A stretch of DNA of 64,000 bases, from assembly GCA_037442625.1 (NCBI GenBank), contig JBBIPX010000001.1:2499-66498 (forward strand). The letters are read 5' to 3'. Numbering within the stretch: position 1 is the first letter of the stretch; every line of letters begins with the position of its first letter. Source of the stretch: Desulfobacteraceae bacterium (GTDB taxonomy: Bacteria; Desulfobacterota; Desulfobacteria; Desulfobacterales; Desulfatirhabdiaceae). Positions 1 through 11,600 of the stretch are shown one piece after another. The notes under the pieces are model-generated. The model was not told the origin of the DNA. It searched no databases and saw only the letters and a program-made list of their open reading frames with translations. The position numbers and the translations under genes were made by a program.

Positions 1-509
1 TCGCTGGCATAGACGCTTTGGCTGAATCCGCCGACAGCATCGAAGGCATCTTTCAGGCAATAGACAAAACAGCCGGCAGCCATCCCGAATTTAACGGAAA
101 AAAAGTTCCAGAGTTCGGTTGCAACCCTGACAATGCCGGGAAGCGCTCCTTCATAAACCACTTTGACGCCGCCGCCGCAACAGGCGCCGCCTGAAAGATT
201 GCACAATGCTTTTTGCAAAATTGCGGTGGAAAGAATCGTGTCCGCATCCAGAAAAAACAAATACCGGCCCCTTGCGGCTTTTGCACCGGCATTTCGGGCC
301 CTTGAGATCTGATTTATCGGCTCGAACACGACAACGGCGCCGTGCTCCCTTGCAATGGCGGCCGTTCTGTCGTGTGAATTGTTATCCGCGACAATCACCT
401 CTCCGGCCGGCTCTGTTGCTTTCATGGCCTTTTGCAGCGCATCCAGCGTTGCGGGCAGCCAATTCTCTTCATCGAAAGCAGGAATGATAACGGAATATGA
501 AATTGTCAC
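1..509 (-). CDS. Glycosyltransferase family 2 (N-terminal part; 3' end runs off the window start)
   Basis: I translated the minus strand from the GTG at 509: VTISYSVIIPAFDEENWLPATLDAL...VIVADNNSHDRT...RYLFFLDADT, which are GT-A fold motifs. It is absent from the ORF track because no stop lies in the window. A 16-nt gap separates it from the upstream radical SAM stop. Confidence 0.75.
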   Translation of the reverse strand, partial: MTISYSVIIPAFDEENWLPATLDALQKAMKATEPAGEVIVADNNSHDRTAAIAREHGAVVVFEPINQISRARNAGAKAARGRYLFFLDADTILSTAILQKALCNLSGGACCGGGVKVVYEGALPGIVRVATELWNFFSVKFGMAAGCFVYCLKDAFDAVGGFSQSVYAS

Positions 510-525
510 GGATATGGTTCCTGCC

Positions 526-1818
526 TTATTTCAGCCAGTTCGGACGATCTTTCATCCAGTTGCCGACGGTTTCCGGAAGCCGGTCTTTCAGGTTTTCGGC
601 CAAGTAAAACCGGGGGAATATCAGCTCGGCTTCCGAGGCGATCACGCCCTGGCTGACGGCAATCCGCGCCAGGGCCGTGTATGGGTAGATCCGGATGCCT
701 GTCGTGATTTTCAATGCCTCAAGCTGCAAAGCGTCCGCAAAATGCAGGCTTTCATTTGCCGTTTCCGTCGTCTCGCCGGGGCCGCCCAGCAGCAAAAACC
801 CCAATCTCCGGATGCCGTGTTTGTGAAGGGTTTCGGAAATCCTAACCACTTCACCGGTTGTAAACCTTTTGTTCAGGGTTTTCAGGATTTTTTCAGATCC
901 GCTTTCAAACCCCAGGCTCACTTCCCTGCAGCCGGCTTTGGCCATTTTCCGGATGAGCGCTTCATCCGCTTTCCAGGGGTAGAGAATGCATCGCCAGCGG
1001 ATATTCAGTCCGGCTGAGATGATGGTATCACATAGCGCCTCGGCATAGGACGGCGGCAGGTTAAATGTGTTGTCCACAAAGAAAAACTGGTGGAATCCGG
1101 CTTCCACATACCGGCGGAGCGCTTCGATCACTTTTTGATGAGAAAATTTCCTCAGAATCCGGCCCTCGATGGTTGCCGTGGAACAATAGCTGCAATCCAT
1201 GGCGCATCCGCGCCGGGTTTGAAACGGGATCCACAACTGGTCTTCTTGGATGCTGGCATGGGGGGCAAGATGGATGTTGGGAAGCGGTATGGGAAACAGA
1301 TCCAGGTTTCGGGCAACCGCGGGTCTTATTGGCGTCTTTCCCGGGTGAACGGATTCCGGCAGATAAAGACCCGGAACCCCGGATAAATCCGATTTTCTGC
1401 GAAGTCGCTCCAGAAGCCGGACAAATGCGGCTTCCCCTTCTCCCTGAATGCCCATGTCCGCGCCCAGATATTCCAGAGCGGTTTTCGGGAAAATGCTGTA
1501 TCCCGCTCCTCCCAGAACAATGGGCGCGTTCGAAAGGCTTCGAGAGATCAAAACGACATTTCTGACCGCATCCAAGAGAAAAGTCGGGGGCTCCATGACC
1601 TGGTCGTCAATGTTCCGGACCGAAATGCCGATAACTTCGGGGGAAAAAGATTCAATCGCCCGTGCAATCGGCGTTTGGACATCTGTCTGCATCATGAGAT
1701 TCACGGTTTGCACCGCATGCCCGGCGGCTTCGGCGGCTGCGGCAACGCAGGCCATTCCGAGCGGCAGCACCGGCATGTTGATATGCTCTGTATTGGCGGA
1801 TATCAGAAGGACTCTCAT
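526..1818 (-). CDS. B12-binding domain radical SAM protein
   Basis: 430-aa ORF with an ATG start. The N-terminus MRVLLISANTEHINMPVLPLGMA is a cobalamin-binding-like Rossmann segment. RRGCAMDCSYCS is a CX3CX2C radical SAM cluster motif. Confidence 0.85.
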   Translation of the reverse strand: MRVLLISANTEHINMPVLPLGMACVAAAAEAAGHAVQTVNLMMQTDVQTPIARAIESFSPEVIGISVRNIDDQVMEPPTFLLDAVRNVVLISRSLSNAPIVLGGAGYSIFPKTALEYLGADMGIQGEGEAAFVRLLERLRRKSDLSGVPGLYLPESVHPGKTPIRPAVARNLDLFPIPLPNIHLAPHASIQEDQLWIPFQTRRGCAMDCSYCSTATIEGRILRKFSHQKVIEALRRYVEAGFHQFFFVDNTFNLPPSYAEALCDTIISAGLNIRWRCILYPWKADEALIRKMAKAGCREVSLGFESGSEKILKTLNKRFTTGEVVRISETLHKHGIRRLGFLLLGGPGETTETANESLHFADALQLEALKITTGIRIYPYTALARIAVSQGVIASEAELIFPRFYLAENLKDRLPETVGNWMKDRPNWLK

Positions 1819-1863
1819 TTTAAATCATCCCATGGCGGCGCCGGGCAAGATTGCCGGCGGTGG

Positions 1864-2244
1864 TCATTTTTTCGATGGCTTGATATAAACCATTCCCTGA
1901 AAAATGGCCACCGTGTCCTTCGTTTCATCGGTAACAAGAATGGTATATGTGGCCAGTTTGCGATTGCGGGAAACCTCCCTGGCTTCGGCTGTCAGCACCG
2001 CGCCAACGGTGCTTGACTTGACAAAGGAGATGCTGGCGTTGATGGCCACGGCGACCGGTCCGTAGGCATTGGATGCCGCGGCAAAAACCAGATCCGCCAG
2101 AGTGAAAACAACGCCGCCCTGGGTCAGTCCGACGCCGTTCAGGTGATGCTGCTGAATTTTGAGCCTGGCCTTGGCGCTTCCCTCGGCCATTTCGATGAGT
2201 TCAATGCCGACATGCCGGGCAAAAAGATCTTTTTCGATAAACAT
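1864..2244 (-). CDS. PaaI-family hotdog-fold thioesterase
   Basis: MFIEKDLFARHVGIELIEMAEGSAKARL...LNGVGLTQGGVVFTLADLVFAAA is typical of PaaI/YdiI. I trimmed the start to the ATG at 2244, which has AGGAA about 8 nt upstream. The ORF-track start at 2295 is an alternative upstream codon. Confidence 0.75.
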   Translation of the reverse strand: MFIEKDLFARHVGIELIEMAEGSAKARLKIQQHHLNGVGLTQGGVVFTLADLVFAAASNAYGPVAVAINASISFVKSSTVGAVLTAEAREVSRNRKLATYTILVTDETKDTVAIFQGMVYIKPSKK

Positions 2245-2371
2245 GGATCGGTTCCTGATATGTGAGAATCGTTGTGCCGGGCGGTTTCCCGTCATCGCAG
2301 CCTGACTCGCCGCCGTTTGGCGTTATTGTATGAAACAACGAGTTTACTGTGATTGATAGAACAAGAAAGGA

Positions 2372-3070
2372 TTAAATGCAAAGATATTTTTGACGGATGG
2401 GCTCGTTTTCCATCAGTTCCCGGATGGTTCCCCCGAAACGAATCACGCCGTTATCGATCACATAGCCGCGGTCGCTCAGCCCCAGTGCAATGCTTTGATT
2501 CTGCTCCGCCAGAAGAACGGTCAGCCCTGTTTCCTTGAGTTTCCGGATCTGCTCCTCCAGCAGTTTCACCACAAGGGGGGCAAGGCCCTCCGTGGGTTCA
2601 TCCAGCAGGAGCAGATCCGGATTGGTCATCAAAGCCCGGCCGATGGTCAGCATCTGCTGCTCGCCGCCGCTTAAAAAACCGGCCCGTCGCGAATCGATTT
2701 TTTTAAGCGGCGGGAAAAAATCGTAGACCGCATCCTTGTTCCAGATTCCGGATTTCAGGTTTTTTCGCTGGACGATCTCAAGATTTTCCCCGACCGTAAG
2801 ATCCGCAAACACCCTGCGGTCATCCGGAACAAATCCCATGCCCATGCGTGCAAGAAGGTAAGGCTTCTGGCCGGTGCAGGTGATGCCTTTAAACCGGATG
2901 AACCCGTTTCGCGGGGGAATCAGCCCCATGATGCTTCGCATGGTGGTGCTTTTCCCCGCGCCGTTTCGTCCCAGAAGGCAGACGATTTCTCCCCGGCCGA
3001 CCGTAAGGGATACGCCGAAAAGCACATGGCTCAGGCCATAGTACGCGTGAATACCGCTGACCTCAAGCAT
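2372..3070 (-). CDS. livF: Branched-chain amino acid ABC transporter ATP-binding protein (LivF type)
   Basis: Walker A GRNGAGKST, signature LSGGEQQML and Walker B LLLLDEP. It is the last gene of a liv-type operon. Confidence 0.85.
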   Translation of the reverse strand: MLEVSGIHAYYGLSHVLFGVSLTVGRGEIVCLLGRNGAGKSTTMRSIMGLIPPRNGFIRFKGITCTGQKPYLLARMGMGFVPDDRRVFADLTVGENLEIVQRKNLKSGIWNKDAVYDFFPPLKKIDSRRAGFLSGGEQQMLTIGRALMTNPDLLLLDEPTEGLAPLVVKLLEEQIRKLKETGLTVLLAEQNQSIALGLSDRGYVIDNGVIRFGGTIRELMENEPIRQKYLCI

Positions 3071-3086
3071 CAGTTGACCTCAAAAA

Positions 3087-3824
3087 TCATGGGGCGCCCC
3101 CCAGATAGGCTTCCTGCACCTGCCGGCAGGATTTGACCTGATCGGGAGCTGCCTGAATCAGGGTCTTTCCCTGCTGCATGACCATGATTCTTCGGGCAAT
3201 GGAAAACACCAGCTCCATGTCGTGTTCGCAGAACAGGATGGTCAGACCCAGTTCCCCGGAAAGCCGGTTCATCAGGCCTAGTGCCATGGCGGTTTCTTCC
3301 GGAGACATGCCGGCCGTGGGTTCATCCAGAATCAGAAGCTCCGGCCGGTTGCCCAGCGCAATGGCGATTTCAAGCACTTTTTGATCCCCGTGAGACAGGG
3401 AGCCGCTGATCTGATCGGCTTTTTCGGAAAGCCCGACGCTTTCCAGGATGCCGGTGGTTTCCTTGATCAGAAGTTTTCTGGCCGGAGCCAGCAGATTAAG
3501 CGTCATTTTGGAATACGACATCAGCGCAACCTGGACATTTTCAAACACCGTCATCCGACTGAAAATATTGACCACCTGGTAGGACCGGCAGATGCCTTTC
3601 CTGCAGATATGATAAGGCGCAAGACCCGCGATATCCTGGCCTTTGAAGAGAACGCGGCCCTTGTCCGGGGATACCTGTCCGGTGATCAGATGAAAGAGCG
3701 TGGTTTTCCCGGCGCCGTTCGGGCCGATGACCGCGACCACTTCGCCTTCGTTGACCTCAAGATTGGCATCGGAGACCGCCATGAAGCCGTCAAAGGATTT
3801 TTGAAGATTTTCAACTTTCAGCAT
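3087..3824 (-). CDS. livG: Branched-chain amino acid ABC transporter ATP-binding protein (LivG type)
   Basis: Walker A GPNGAGKTT, LSHGDQKVLEIA and LLILDEPTAGM. Confidence 0.85.
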   Translation of the reverse strand: MLKVENLQKSFDGFMAVSDANLEVNEGEVVAVIGPNGAGKTTLFHLITGQVSPDKGRVLFKGQDIAGLAPYHICRKGICRSYQVVNIFSRMTVFENVQVALMSYSKMTLNLLAPARKLLIKETTGILESVGLSEKADQISGSLSHGDQKVLEIAIALGNRPELLILDEPTAGMSPEETAMALGLMNRLSGELGLTILFCEHDMELVFSIARRIMVMQQGKTLIQAAPDQVKSCRQVQEAYLGGAP

Positions 3825-3878
3825 GGAAAATAATCTGTCCCGTCAATACCGAAAAGAGATTTGACAGCCGGCGGCGAC

Positions 3879-4844
3879 TCAGGCCTTTGTAACAACTGAA
3901 GAATCTTTCCGGCGTCCGGCTCCTGATTTCAGAATCATCCCCAGCACGCCGTCCGGCATGAAAAAAATCAGCAGCATCAGCACGATCCCGAGAATCAGGG
4001 TCCAGTATTCCGTATAGATTCCCACAAAAGTTCTGAGGGTGACCATGATGGCGGCGCCCAGCATCGGGCCGAAAAACGTGAACCATCCGCCCAGAAGACA
4101 CATGATCAGAATTTCAAGGGAAAGGGTCCAGAACATCAGGTCCGGAAATACGGATCCTTCAACCGCCACGAACAGCATTCCGGCGACGCCTGCAAAGAAA
4201 CCGGCAATCATTTCTCCCGCGAGCTGGTGCCGGCGGACATTGATGCCGATGGCCTCGCATCTTTCAGGGTTGTCGCGAATGGCCTGAAACGTTCTGCCGA
4301 ACGGGGAATTCACAATGCGATACATCAAAAAAAGGCTGACAGCCGTGATGACCAGGGTAAAATAATAGGCCCCGTGGGAAGCAGACAGCAGCTTCGGAAT
4401 CGGAATGCCGTGGATGCCGTCATCGCCGCCGGTAAAGGAATACCAACGGAACACGACGGCCCAGACCAGAGAGCCCAGGGATATCTGAAGCATGCCGAAA
4501 TAAAGCTTGGAGAGCCTGACGCAGATCAGGCCGATGACATATCCCGCAATTGCCGAGGCCAGGGGGGCGACGGCAAATCCGGTCCAGGCGGGAAGGCCAG
4601 ATTTGGTCAGCATCAGGGCAAGGGAATAAGCCCCGACACCGTAAAAAACCGCGTGGTGAAACTGGTACATGCCGCCGAATCCCAGCACCACATTCAGGCT
4701 GGTTGCCAGCAGGCCCGTCAGCAGGACAAGCGCCGTCAGGTAGACGTAGAACCTTGGCAGGAGTTGGGGCAGACACAGAAACAGGAGGCTGGCACCCACC
4801 ACCCATAACACCATTTTTAAATCGATCTTGTTAGCCGGCAACAC
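3879..4844 (-). CDS. livM: Branched-chain amino acid ABC transporter permease (LivM type)
   Basis: Polytopic hydrophobic 321-aa ORF sitting between livH and livG. The start is GTG at 4844, with an alternative ATG at 4814. Confidence 0.8.
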   Translation of the reverse strand: MLPANKIDLKMVLWVVGASLLFLCLPQLLPRFYVYLTALVLLTGLLATSLNVVLGFGGMYQFHHAVFYGVGAYSLALMLTKSGLPAWTGFAVAPLASAIAGYVIGLICVRLSKLYFGMLQISLGSLVWAVVFRWYSFTGGDDGIHGIPIPKLLSASHGAYYFTLVITAVSLFLMYRIVNSPFGRTFQAIRDNPERCEAIGINVRRHQLAGEMIAGFFAGVAGMLFVAVEGSVFPDLMFWTLSLEILIMCLLGGWFTFFGPMLGAAIMVTLRTFVGIYTEYWTLILGIVLMLLIFFMPDGVLGMILKSGAGRRKDSSVVTKA

Positions 4845-4854
4845 AATCTTCCTT

Positions 4855-5751
4855 CTACCAGGTTGATTTGAGAAGGCCCTTGGGCCGGATCATCAGGATG
4901 GTCACCACCACGGCATAGGGAAACACGATGGCGAACTGGGGCCACAGCAGAATGCCGACGGCATCGGTCAGGCCGAAAATCAGCGCGCCCAGGAGCGCCC
5001 CCCAGATATTGCCGAGGCCTCCGACTATAACGATCAGAAACGCCTCCATGATGATGGAATGATCCATGCCCTGGGTGATATTCTGGGTCGGGGCAACCAG
5101 CGCCCCGCCGAGTCCGGCCAGAAAACATCCGATCACGAATACGGACGAGAACACCAGGCTCACATTGATGCCGACCGCCCCGACCATCTCCCGGTCAACG
5201 GCCGCGGCCCGGGCGATTTTCCCGATTCTGGTTTTTCGGGTCAAAGCCCAGAGCCCCAGGGCCACCAGCGGTCCGATAACCAGCAAAAAAACATTGTAAC
5301 GCGGCAGGGAAAGGCCGAAAACCGAAAACGATCCCTGAAAAAGAGCCGGAGTGGAAATGGAGCGGAAATCAGACCCCCAGATAATCTTGACGATGTCTCC
5401 GAAGACCAGGGTGAATGAAAACGTAAAGAGCAGCAGCATGAGGTGCTCGCGGTCATAAAGATGGCAGAACAGCCCCCGCTCGAGAATGAGGCTGATCAGG
5501 GCAACGCCGGCGGGAGCCGCGGCCAGCGCCACCCAGAACCCGGCCTTTCCGCCCACAAAAGCGGCAACGGAATAGGTCAAAAATGCGCCGATCATATAAA
5601 ACGACCCGTGGGCCAGATTCGGTATGCGAAGCACCCCGAGGACCAGGCTCAGGCCGGAAGCCACGATGAACAAAATCGTCGTCCGGCTGAGGCCGACCAG
5701 AATCTGCTGAAGCAGGGACGTTACGGGGATATGGGAGAAGAATTCAAGCAT
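4855..5751 (-). CDS. livH: Branched-chain amino acid ABC transporter permease (LivH type)
   Basis: 298-aa polytopic membrane protein with an ATG start, in the operon position of LivH. Confidence 0.8.
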   Translation of the reverse strand: MLEFFSHIPVTSLLQQILVGLSRTTILFIVASGLSLVLGVLRIPNLAHGSFYMIGAFLTYSVAAFVGGKAGFWVALAAAPAGVALISLILERGLFCHLYDREHLMLLLFTFSFTLVFGDIVKIIWGSDFRSISTPALFQGSFSVFGLSLPRYNVFLLVIGPLVALGLWALTRKTRIGKIARAAAVDREMVGAVGINVSLVFSSVFVIGCFLAGLGGALVAPTQNITQGMDHSIIMEAFLIVIVGGLGNIWGALLGALIFGLTDAVGILLWPQFAIVFPYAVVVTILMIRPKGLLKSTW

Positions 5752-5763
5752 CGAATCAATCCG

Positions 5764-6975
5764 TCACTGTCCGCGCGCTTTCTTGATCTCTTCAATGGTC
5801 GGCATGACGTCTTCGCCGGAAATCGTCACAATGTCCGATGCAATCAGAAAATCATATCCCGGCGCCTTTTGGGTCACGCCCATGAACATGGGAAACATGA
5901 CCTGATGGTCATAGGGCCGGATGGTGAGTTTTCCGACCGGGCTGTCCACGGTCATGCCTTCCAGGGCATCGACGAATTTTTCCGTATCGATGGTTCCGGC
6001 TTTTTCATAGGCTTTGGCAATAAAGGCTGCCGTAATGTAGCCGTACAGGGCGCCGACCTTGGGGGGCCTGCCGTATGCCTGCTGAAAATCCTTGACGAAT
6101 TCCTTGTTTTCCGGGGTTTCCGGATAGTAGAAAAAATAATTGGAAGTGCCCAGAACGCCTTCGGGCGCATCGAGCCCCAGGGGCTGAAGGGTGGACAGTT
6201 CGGTTGCCGTGTGCATGTAAAACGGCACGCGCTTGTTGAATCCGGTGGTTTCGGCGGCTTTCAGAAAAGGCACGCAGTTCTTGCCGCCGGTTGCAATGAT
6301 GACGGCATCGGGTTTTGCAGACAGCATGGCCGTGATATACGGGGTAAAGTCGGACTCTCCCACCTTCCACCAGGTCTGGCCGAGAAGTTCGACCTCGGGT
6401 TTCAGTTTCTTGAGATTTCGCCATACCCCGTCTGCAATGGCATGCCCATATTCATAGTCGTCTCCGCCGATCCAGTATTTGGTGTATGGTTTTTTGGAAA
6501 GGCCAACTGCGGCGGCTTTTCCGGCCATGGATGTGTTTTCATTCATGGAAAACACATACCGGTGCCCTTTTTCGCCGGTGATGGCATCGCTCTTGGAAAA
6601 GGTCACCAGCAGGGGGATTTTTTCGGTTTTGCATAAATCCGAGATGGCCAGGGCTTCGGCGCTGTTGATGGTGCCCATCAGAAGATTGACTTTTTCCCGC
6701 ATGATCAGTTCCTTGGCTGCGCTCAGGCCGAGATCCACCTTGAATTTGCTGTCCCGGGTCGTAAATTCGATTTTTCTGCCCAGGATGCCGCCCTTGGCGT
6801 TGATTTTGTCACAGGCCAGTTGAAACGCATCCCGCACGTCATTGGTATAGGTGCTGGGGGGTCCGGTATAGCAATCCACGATGCCGACCTTGATGGGATC
6901 CAGCGCAAAAAGGGGACAAGCCGTTATGGCAATAACCAGCATTCCGCAGACAACCATCCAGAACGATTTTTTCAT
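5764..6975 (-). CDS. ABC transporter periplasmic substrate-binding protein (LivK/PBP type 1 family)
   Basis: Signal peptide MKKSFWMVVCGMLVIAITA followed by a PBP1 fold. I trimmed the start to the ATG at 6975, which is preceded by GAGGAGG. The ORF-track extension to 7098 lacks an RBS. Confidence 0.8.
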   Translation of the reverse strand: MKKSFWMVVCGMLVIAITACPLFALDPIKVGIVDCYTGPPSTYTNDVRDAFQLACDKINAKGGILGRKIEFTTRDSKFKVDLGLSAAKELIMREKVNLLMGTINSAEALAISDLCKTEKIPLLVTFSKSDAITGEKGHRYVFSMNENTSMAGKAAAVGLSKKPYTKYWIGGDDYEYGHAIADGVWRNLKKLKPEVELLGQTWWKVGESDFTPYITAMLSAKPDAVIIATGGKNCVPFLKAAETTGFNKRVPFYMHTATELSTLQPLGLDAPEGVLGTSNYFFYYPETPENKEFVKDFQQAYGRPPKVGALYGYITAAFIAKAYEKAGTIDTEKFVDALEGMTVDSPVGKLTIRPYDHQVMFPMFMGVTQKAPGYDFLIASDIVTISGEDVMPTIEEIKKARGQ

Positions 6976-7124
6976 GGTAAGCCTCCTCAAGAAAATCCAT
7001 TTGATTGATGAATGATATTTAACGGATAAAATACAGGCTAAATTTTGTTCGTCAATAAAAAAGAGAAGGAATCCTGATGCGCTAGCCGGAATCCGCATGT
7101 TTTGTCAAAAGACCAAATTAGTAT

Positions 7125-7153
7125 TTGCCAAAGCCTTAGTCTTCTTGTATTTT
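7125..7153 (+). promoter_or_regulatory. Putative sigma-70 promoter of guaB (TTGCCA-N17-TATTTT)
   Basis: Read directly: -35 ttgcca at 7125-7130, a 17-nt spacer, -10 tatttt at 7148-7153. It lies about 50 nt upstream of the guaB ATG. Confidence 0.35.
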
Positions 7154-7200
7154 AATCGATTGAAACAGAGGCCATGCCATCAACCTTACGGAGGAAACTC

Positions 7201-8664
7201 ATGAAAGAAATAACCACACAGGAAGCCTTCTCGTTTGACGATGTCCTTTTGGTGCCCAGCTATTCGGATGTGCTCCCCAAAGACGTTACGACCACCACAT
7301 GGCTGACGCGAAACCTGGCGCTGAACATTCCCATTGTCAGCGCCGCAATGGATACGGTTACCGAATCGCGAACCGCCATCAGCATGGCCAGAGACGGCGG
7401 GCTGGGTTTTATTCATCGCAACATGAGCATCGAGAACCAGGTCCTGGAGGTGGGCAAGGTCAAAAAGTCGGAAAGCGGCATGATCATTGATCCGGTGACT
7501 ATCCGGCCGGATCAGACCGTTCAGGATGTGCTGAACCTCATGGAATCATACCGGATTTCCGGCGTGCCGGTAACGGACGGCGACCGGCTGGTCGGGATTG
7601 TGACCAACCGGGATCTGCGGTTTGAGACCGATCTGGCCAAACCCGTGTCCGCGGTGATGACCCATAAGAATCTGGTTACGGTCAGCGAAGGCATCAACCT
7701 GGAGGAGTCCAAAAAACTGCTTCACGAGCACCGGATTGAAAAACTTCTGGTTGTGGATAAAAACGGCCGCTTGACCGGCATGATCACGATCAAGGACATC
7801 GAGAAAATCAAAAAATATCCCCACGCCTGCAAGGACGGAAAGGGCAGGCTTCGGGTCGGGGCTGCGGTCGGCGTCGGACCGGACATGATGGAGCGTGCTG
7901 AAATGCTGCTGAAGGCTGGTGCGGATGTGATTTTGATAGATACTTCCCACGGCCACTCCAAAAACGTCATGGATGCGGTGGTTATGCTGAAGCAGACCTT
8001 CAGCGATATCGAGCTCATCGCCGGGAATGTGGCCACTGAAAAAGGCGCGGAAGATCTGATTCTGGCCGGCGTTGACGGGGTCAAGATCGGCATCGGCCCG
8101 GGCTCCATCTGCACAACGCGCATTGTCGCGGGCGCCGGCGTTCCCCAGATGACGGCGATCATGAACTGCAAGGAAGTCTGCAACCGCAAAGGCGTTCCGC
8201 TGATCGCGGACGGCGGCATCAAATTTTCCGGTGACGTGACCAAGGCCATCGGTGCGGGCGCCCATGTGGTGATGATCGGCGGTCTTTTTGCAGGAACCGA
8301 GGAAAGCCCGGGGGAGTCTATTTTTTTCCAGGGCAGAAGCTATAAGGTGTATCGGGGCATGGGGTCGCTGGAAGCCATGAAAAAAGGCAGCAAGGACCGC
8401 TATTACCAGACGGAGCAGGAAGAAGATGACAAGCTTGTGCCTGAAGGCATCGTGGGACGGGTTCCCTACCGGGGAACGCTTTCCGCCAATATATTTCAGC
8501 TCATCGGCGGGCTCAAGGCGGGTATGGGGTATGCCGGATGCAAGTCCATTGCGGAGCTCAGGGAAAAGGCCGCTTTTATCCGGATCAGCGCCGCCGGACT
8601 CAGGGAAAGCCATGTCCATGACGTGATCATTACCAAAGAAGCGCCCAATTACCGGATGGATTAG
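7201..8664 (+). CDS. guaB: IMP dehydrogenase
   Basis: [11 protein letters not shown], a CBS pair and the catalytic loop [11 protein letters not shown]. The start ATG at 7201 follows GGAGGA. Confidence 0.95.
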   Translation: MKEITTQEAFSFDDVLLVPSYSDVLPKDVTTTTWLTRNLALNIPIVSAAMDTVTESRTAISMARDGGLGFIHRNMSIENQVLEVGKVKKSESGMIIDPVTIRPDQTVQDVLNLMESYRISGVPVTDGDRLVGIVTNRDLRFETDLAKPVSAVMTHKNLVTVSEGINLEESKKLLHEHRIEKLLVVDKNGRLTGMITIKDIEKIKKYPHACKDGKGRLRVGAAVGVGPDMMERAEMLLKAGADVILIDTSHGHSKNVMDAVVMLKQTFSDIELIAGNVATEKGAEDLILAGVDGVKIGIGPGSICTTRIVAGAGVPQMTAIMNCKEVCNRKGVPLIADGGIKFSGDVTKAIGAGAHVVMIGGLFAGTEESPGESIFFQGRSYKVYRGMGSLEAMKKGSKDRYYQTEQEEDDKLVPEGIVGRVPYRGTLSANIFQLIGGLKAGMGYAGCKSIAELREKAAFIRISAAGLRESHVHDVIITKEAPNYRMD

Positions 8665-8676
8665 GGAAAGACGGCA

Positions 8677-11600
8677 ATGACCGATTTTGTTCATCTTCAC
8701 GTTCACACCCAGTACAGCCTGCTGGATGGCGCCATTCGCATAGAGCCGCTTCTGGAGCGCGTGAAAACATACGGCATGGACAGTGTCGCCATTACGGATC
8801 ACGGGACCATGTTCGGAACCGTCGATTTTTATCAAAAAGCCCATAAAGCCGGCATCAAGCCGGTCATCGGGTGTGAATGCTATGTTGCGCCGCGCTCCAT
8901 TGCCGAAAAAACAGTCCAGGACAATAAAGGGCTTTCTCATATCATTTTGCTGGCCGAAAACATGGAAGGCTACCGGAATCTGTGCAAGCTGGCCACCATT
9001 GCGCAGCTTGATGGATTTTATTACAAACCCAGGATTGACAAGGAGATTCTAAAAAATCACACCAAGGGTCTCATCGCCCTTTCCGCCTGTCTTCATGGAG
9101 AGATTCCCCGGCTCATCACGGATGGACGGCAGGATATGGCAGATGAAGCCGCCAGGTTTTATCTCGGCCTCTTCGGGGAGGGGAATTTTTTCCTGGAAGT
9201 TCAAAACAACGGAATCGAAATCCAGGATAACGTCAACCAGGCCCTGCTGGATATGAGCCGCCGCCTGTCCATTCCCATGGTTGCGACAAACGACTGCCAT
9301 TATCTGGACCCGGACGATGTCCACGCCCATGATGTGCTGCTCTGTATCCAGACCGGAAAAACCGTTCACGATGCGGAGCGCTTCAAATTCCGGACGAACC
9401 GGCTCTATTTCAAGTCCAGGGATGAAATGGTCGCGGATTTCAAATCCTATCCCGGCGCCCTTGCCAATACCGTCGATATCGCCGGGCGGTGCAACCTGGA
9501 ATTTGATTTCAAGACATTTCATTTTCCCAAATATGAATCCGCGGGTGAGCGTTCCGCGGACGCTATTTTTGATGAAAAAACCCGTAAGGGATATGCGCGG
9601 GTATGGCGCCAGATTCTTAAAAAACACCCGGATCGGGATGAAAAACCCTACCTTGAGCGCCTGGAATACGAAATGGCCGCCATCAAGGACATGGGGTTTC
9701 CCGGTTATTTTCTGATTGTTGCGGATTTTATCCAGTATGCCAAGGAGAACCTGATTCCCGTCGGTCCGGGCCGCGGATCCGCGGCCGGGAGCCTGGTGGC
9801 CTTTTCTTTGGGAATCACCGATCTGGATCCCCTGGAACACGGGCTGATATTTGAACGGTTTCTGAATCCGGGCCGCAAAAGCATGCCGGATATTGACGTG
9901 GATTTTTGCATCAACGGCCGGGAGCAGGTTTACAAATATGTGGTGGACCGCTACGGCGGGGGCGATTACGTCAGCCAGATCATTACATTCGGAAAGCTCA
10001 AAACCCGCGCCGTGATCCGGGACGTGGGAAGGGCGCTGGACATTCCCCTGCGCGAGGTGGACGCCATCGCCAAACTGGTACCGGATGTGCTCAACATCAG
10101 CCTGGACGAGGCGCTCAAGCAGGAGCCCAAGCTTGCGGAAATGGTGGAAAGCAGGTCCGAAGTCAGGGAGCTCATCGAAATCTGCAAAGTTCTGGAAGGG
10201 CTTCCCCGCCATGCCTCGACCCATGCCGCGGGCGTTGTCATCGGAGACCGCCCCCTGGTGGATTACCTGCCCATGTTCCGGGGAAAAAAAGGTGAGGTTG
10301 TCACCCAGTTCGACATGAAGTGCGTGGAGAAGATCGGCCTTGTCAAATTTGATTTTCTGGGGCTTCGAAACCTTACCGTTATTGCAGGCGCCCTTCAAAT
10401 GATCAAGGATCAGGGCAAAACGCCTCCGGATCTTCTGGATCTGGATTTATTTGATTCCGATACCTATCGCCTGCTGGCATCCGGAGATACCACCGGCGTT
10501 TTCCAGTTGGAAAGCTCCGGCATGAAGGATCTACTTGTCCGCCTGAGACCGGAATGCTTTGACGATGTTACGGCCCTGGTGGCGCTGTACCGTCCCGGCC
10601 CCCTGGAAAGCGGCATGGTGGATGATTTTGTGGATCGAAAGCACGGACGGAAAACCGTGGAATATCTGGTGCCCGAGCTGGCGCCGGTATTAAAGGAAAC
10701 CTACGGCGTGATCGTCTACCAGGAACAGGTCATGAAGATTGCGGCCGAGCTGGCCAATTACACCATGTCCGAAGCAGATGACCTTCGAAAAGCCATGGGG
10801 AAAAAGATCGCCGAAATCATGGCCGAACACCGGGACCGTTTTGTTCAGGGGGCCCAGAACAAGGGCATCGCCAAGGACAAGGCCAGCCAGCTCTTTGATC
10901 TGATGGAAAAATTCGGCCGTTATGGATTCAATAAATCCCACAGCGCCGCCTATGCCCTGATTGCTTATCAGACCGCCTATTTAAAGGCCCATTTCCCGGT
11001 TGAGCTTCTGGCCGCGCTTCTGACCAGCGAAATGAACTCTTCGGATGGCGTGGTCAAGTACATTGCCGAATGCCGCAGCCATGATATCGATGTGCTGCCG
11101 CCGGATATCAACGAAAGTGAAAAAAGCTTTACGGTTGCAGGTTCCAAAATCCGGTTCGGCCTGGTTGCCGTCAAGAACGTTGGTGAGGCCGCCATCGACA
11201 GCATTATCGCGGAGCGCAAAAACGGCAGGTTTTCGTCCATATATGATTTTTGCGAGCGGGTGGAGCTAAAGAAAGTCAACAAGCGGGTGATCGAGAGCCT
11301 GATCAAATGCGGGGCCTTTGATTCCACAGGCGCAAGGCGTTCCCAGATCATGGCCGCCCTCGATGATGCGGTCGACTACGGGCAAATGGCTCACAGAAAG
11401 CGCTCGGATCCCCAACTGAGCCTTTTTGGGGGAAGCATCAAGGAAGCGGAGAAAATCGGTCATTCGCCGCTTCCCGATATTGCGGAATGGGATGAAAAGC
11501 AGCGGCTCCTGCTGGAAAAAGAAATCCTGGGGTTTTATATTACCGGGCATCCCTTGCAGGGATTCGAGGATATTCTGGATAAGTTTGCAACTGCGGATTC

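Noticed and set aside
5443-6636. 397-aa plus-strand ORF antisense to livH and the substrate-binding protein gene
   Set aside because: It is a shadow ORF spanning a gene boundary of the liv operon, with no motif support.
7546-8940. 464-aa minus-strand ORF antisense to guaB and the start of dnaE
   Set aside because: It lies entirely inside two confidently identified plus-strand genes. The translation is Arg/Gly/Ala/His-rich low-complexity sequence with no motif. This is a typical shadow ORF of GC-rich coding DNA.
9049-10398. 449-aa minus-strand ORF antisense to dnaE
   Set aside because: It is a shadow ORF inside dnaE, with no motifs, no RBS and a biased composition.
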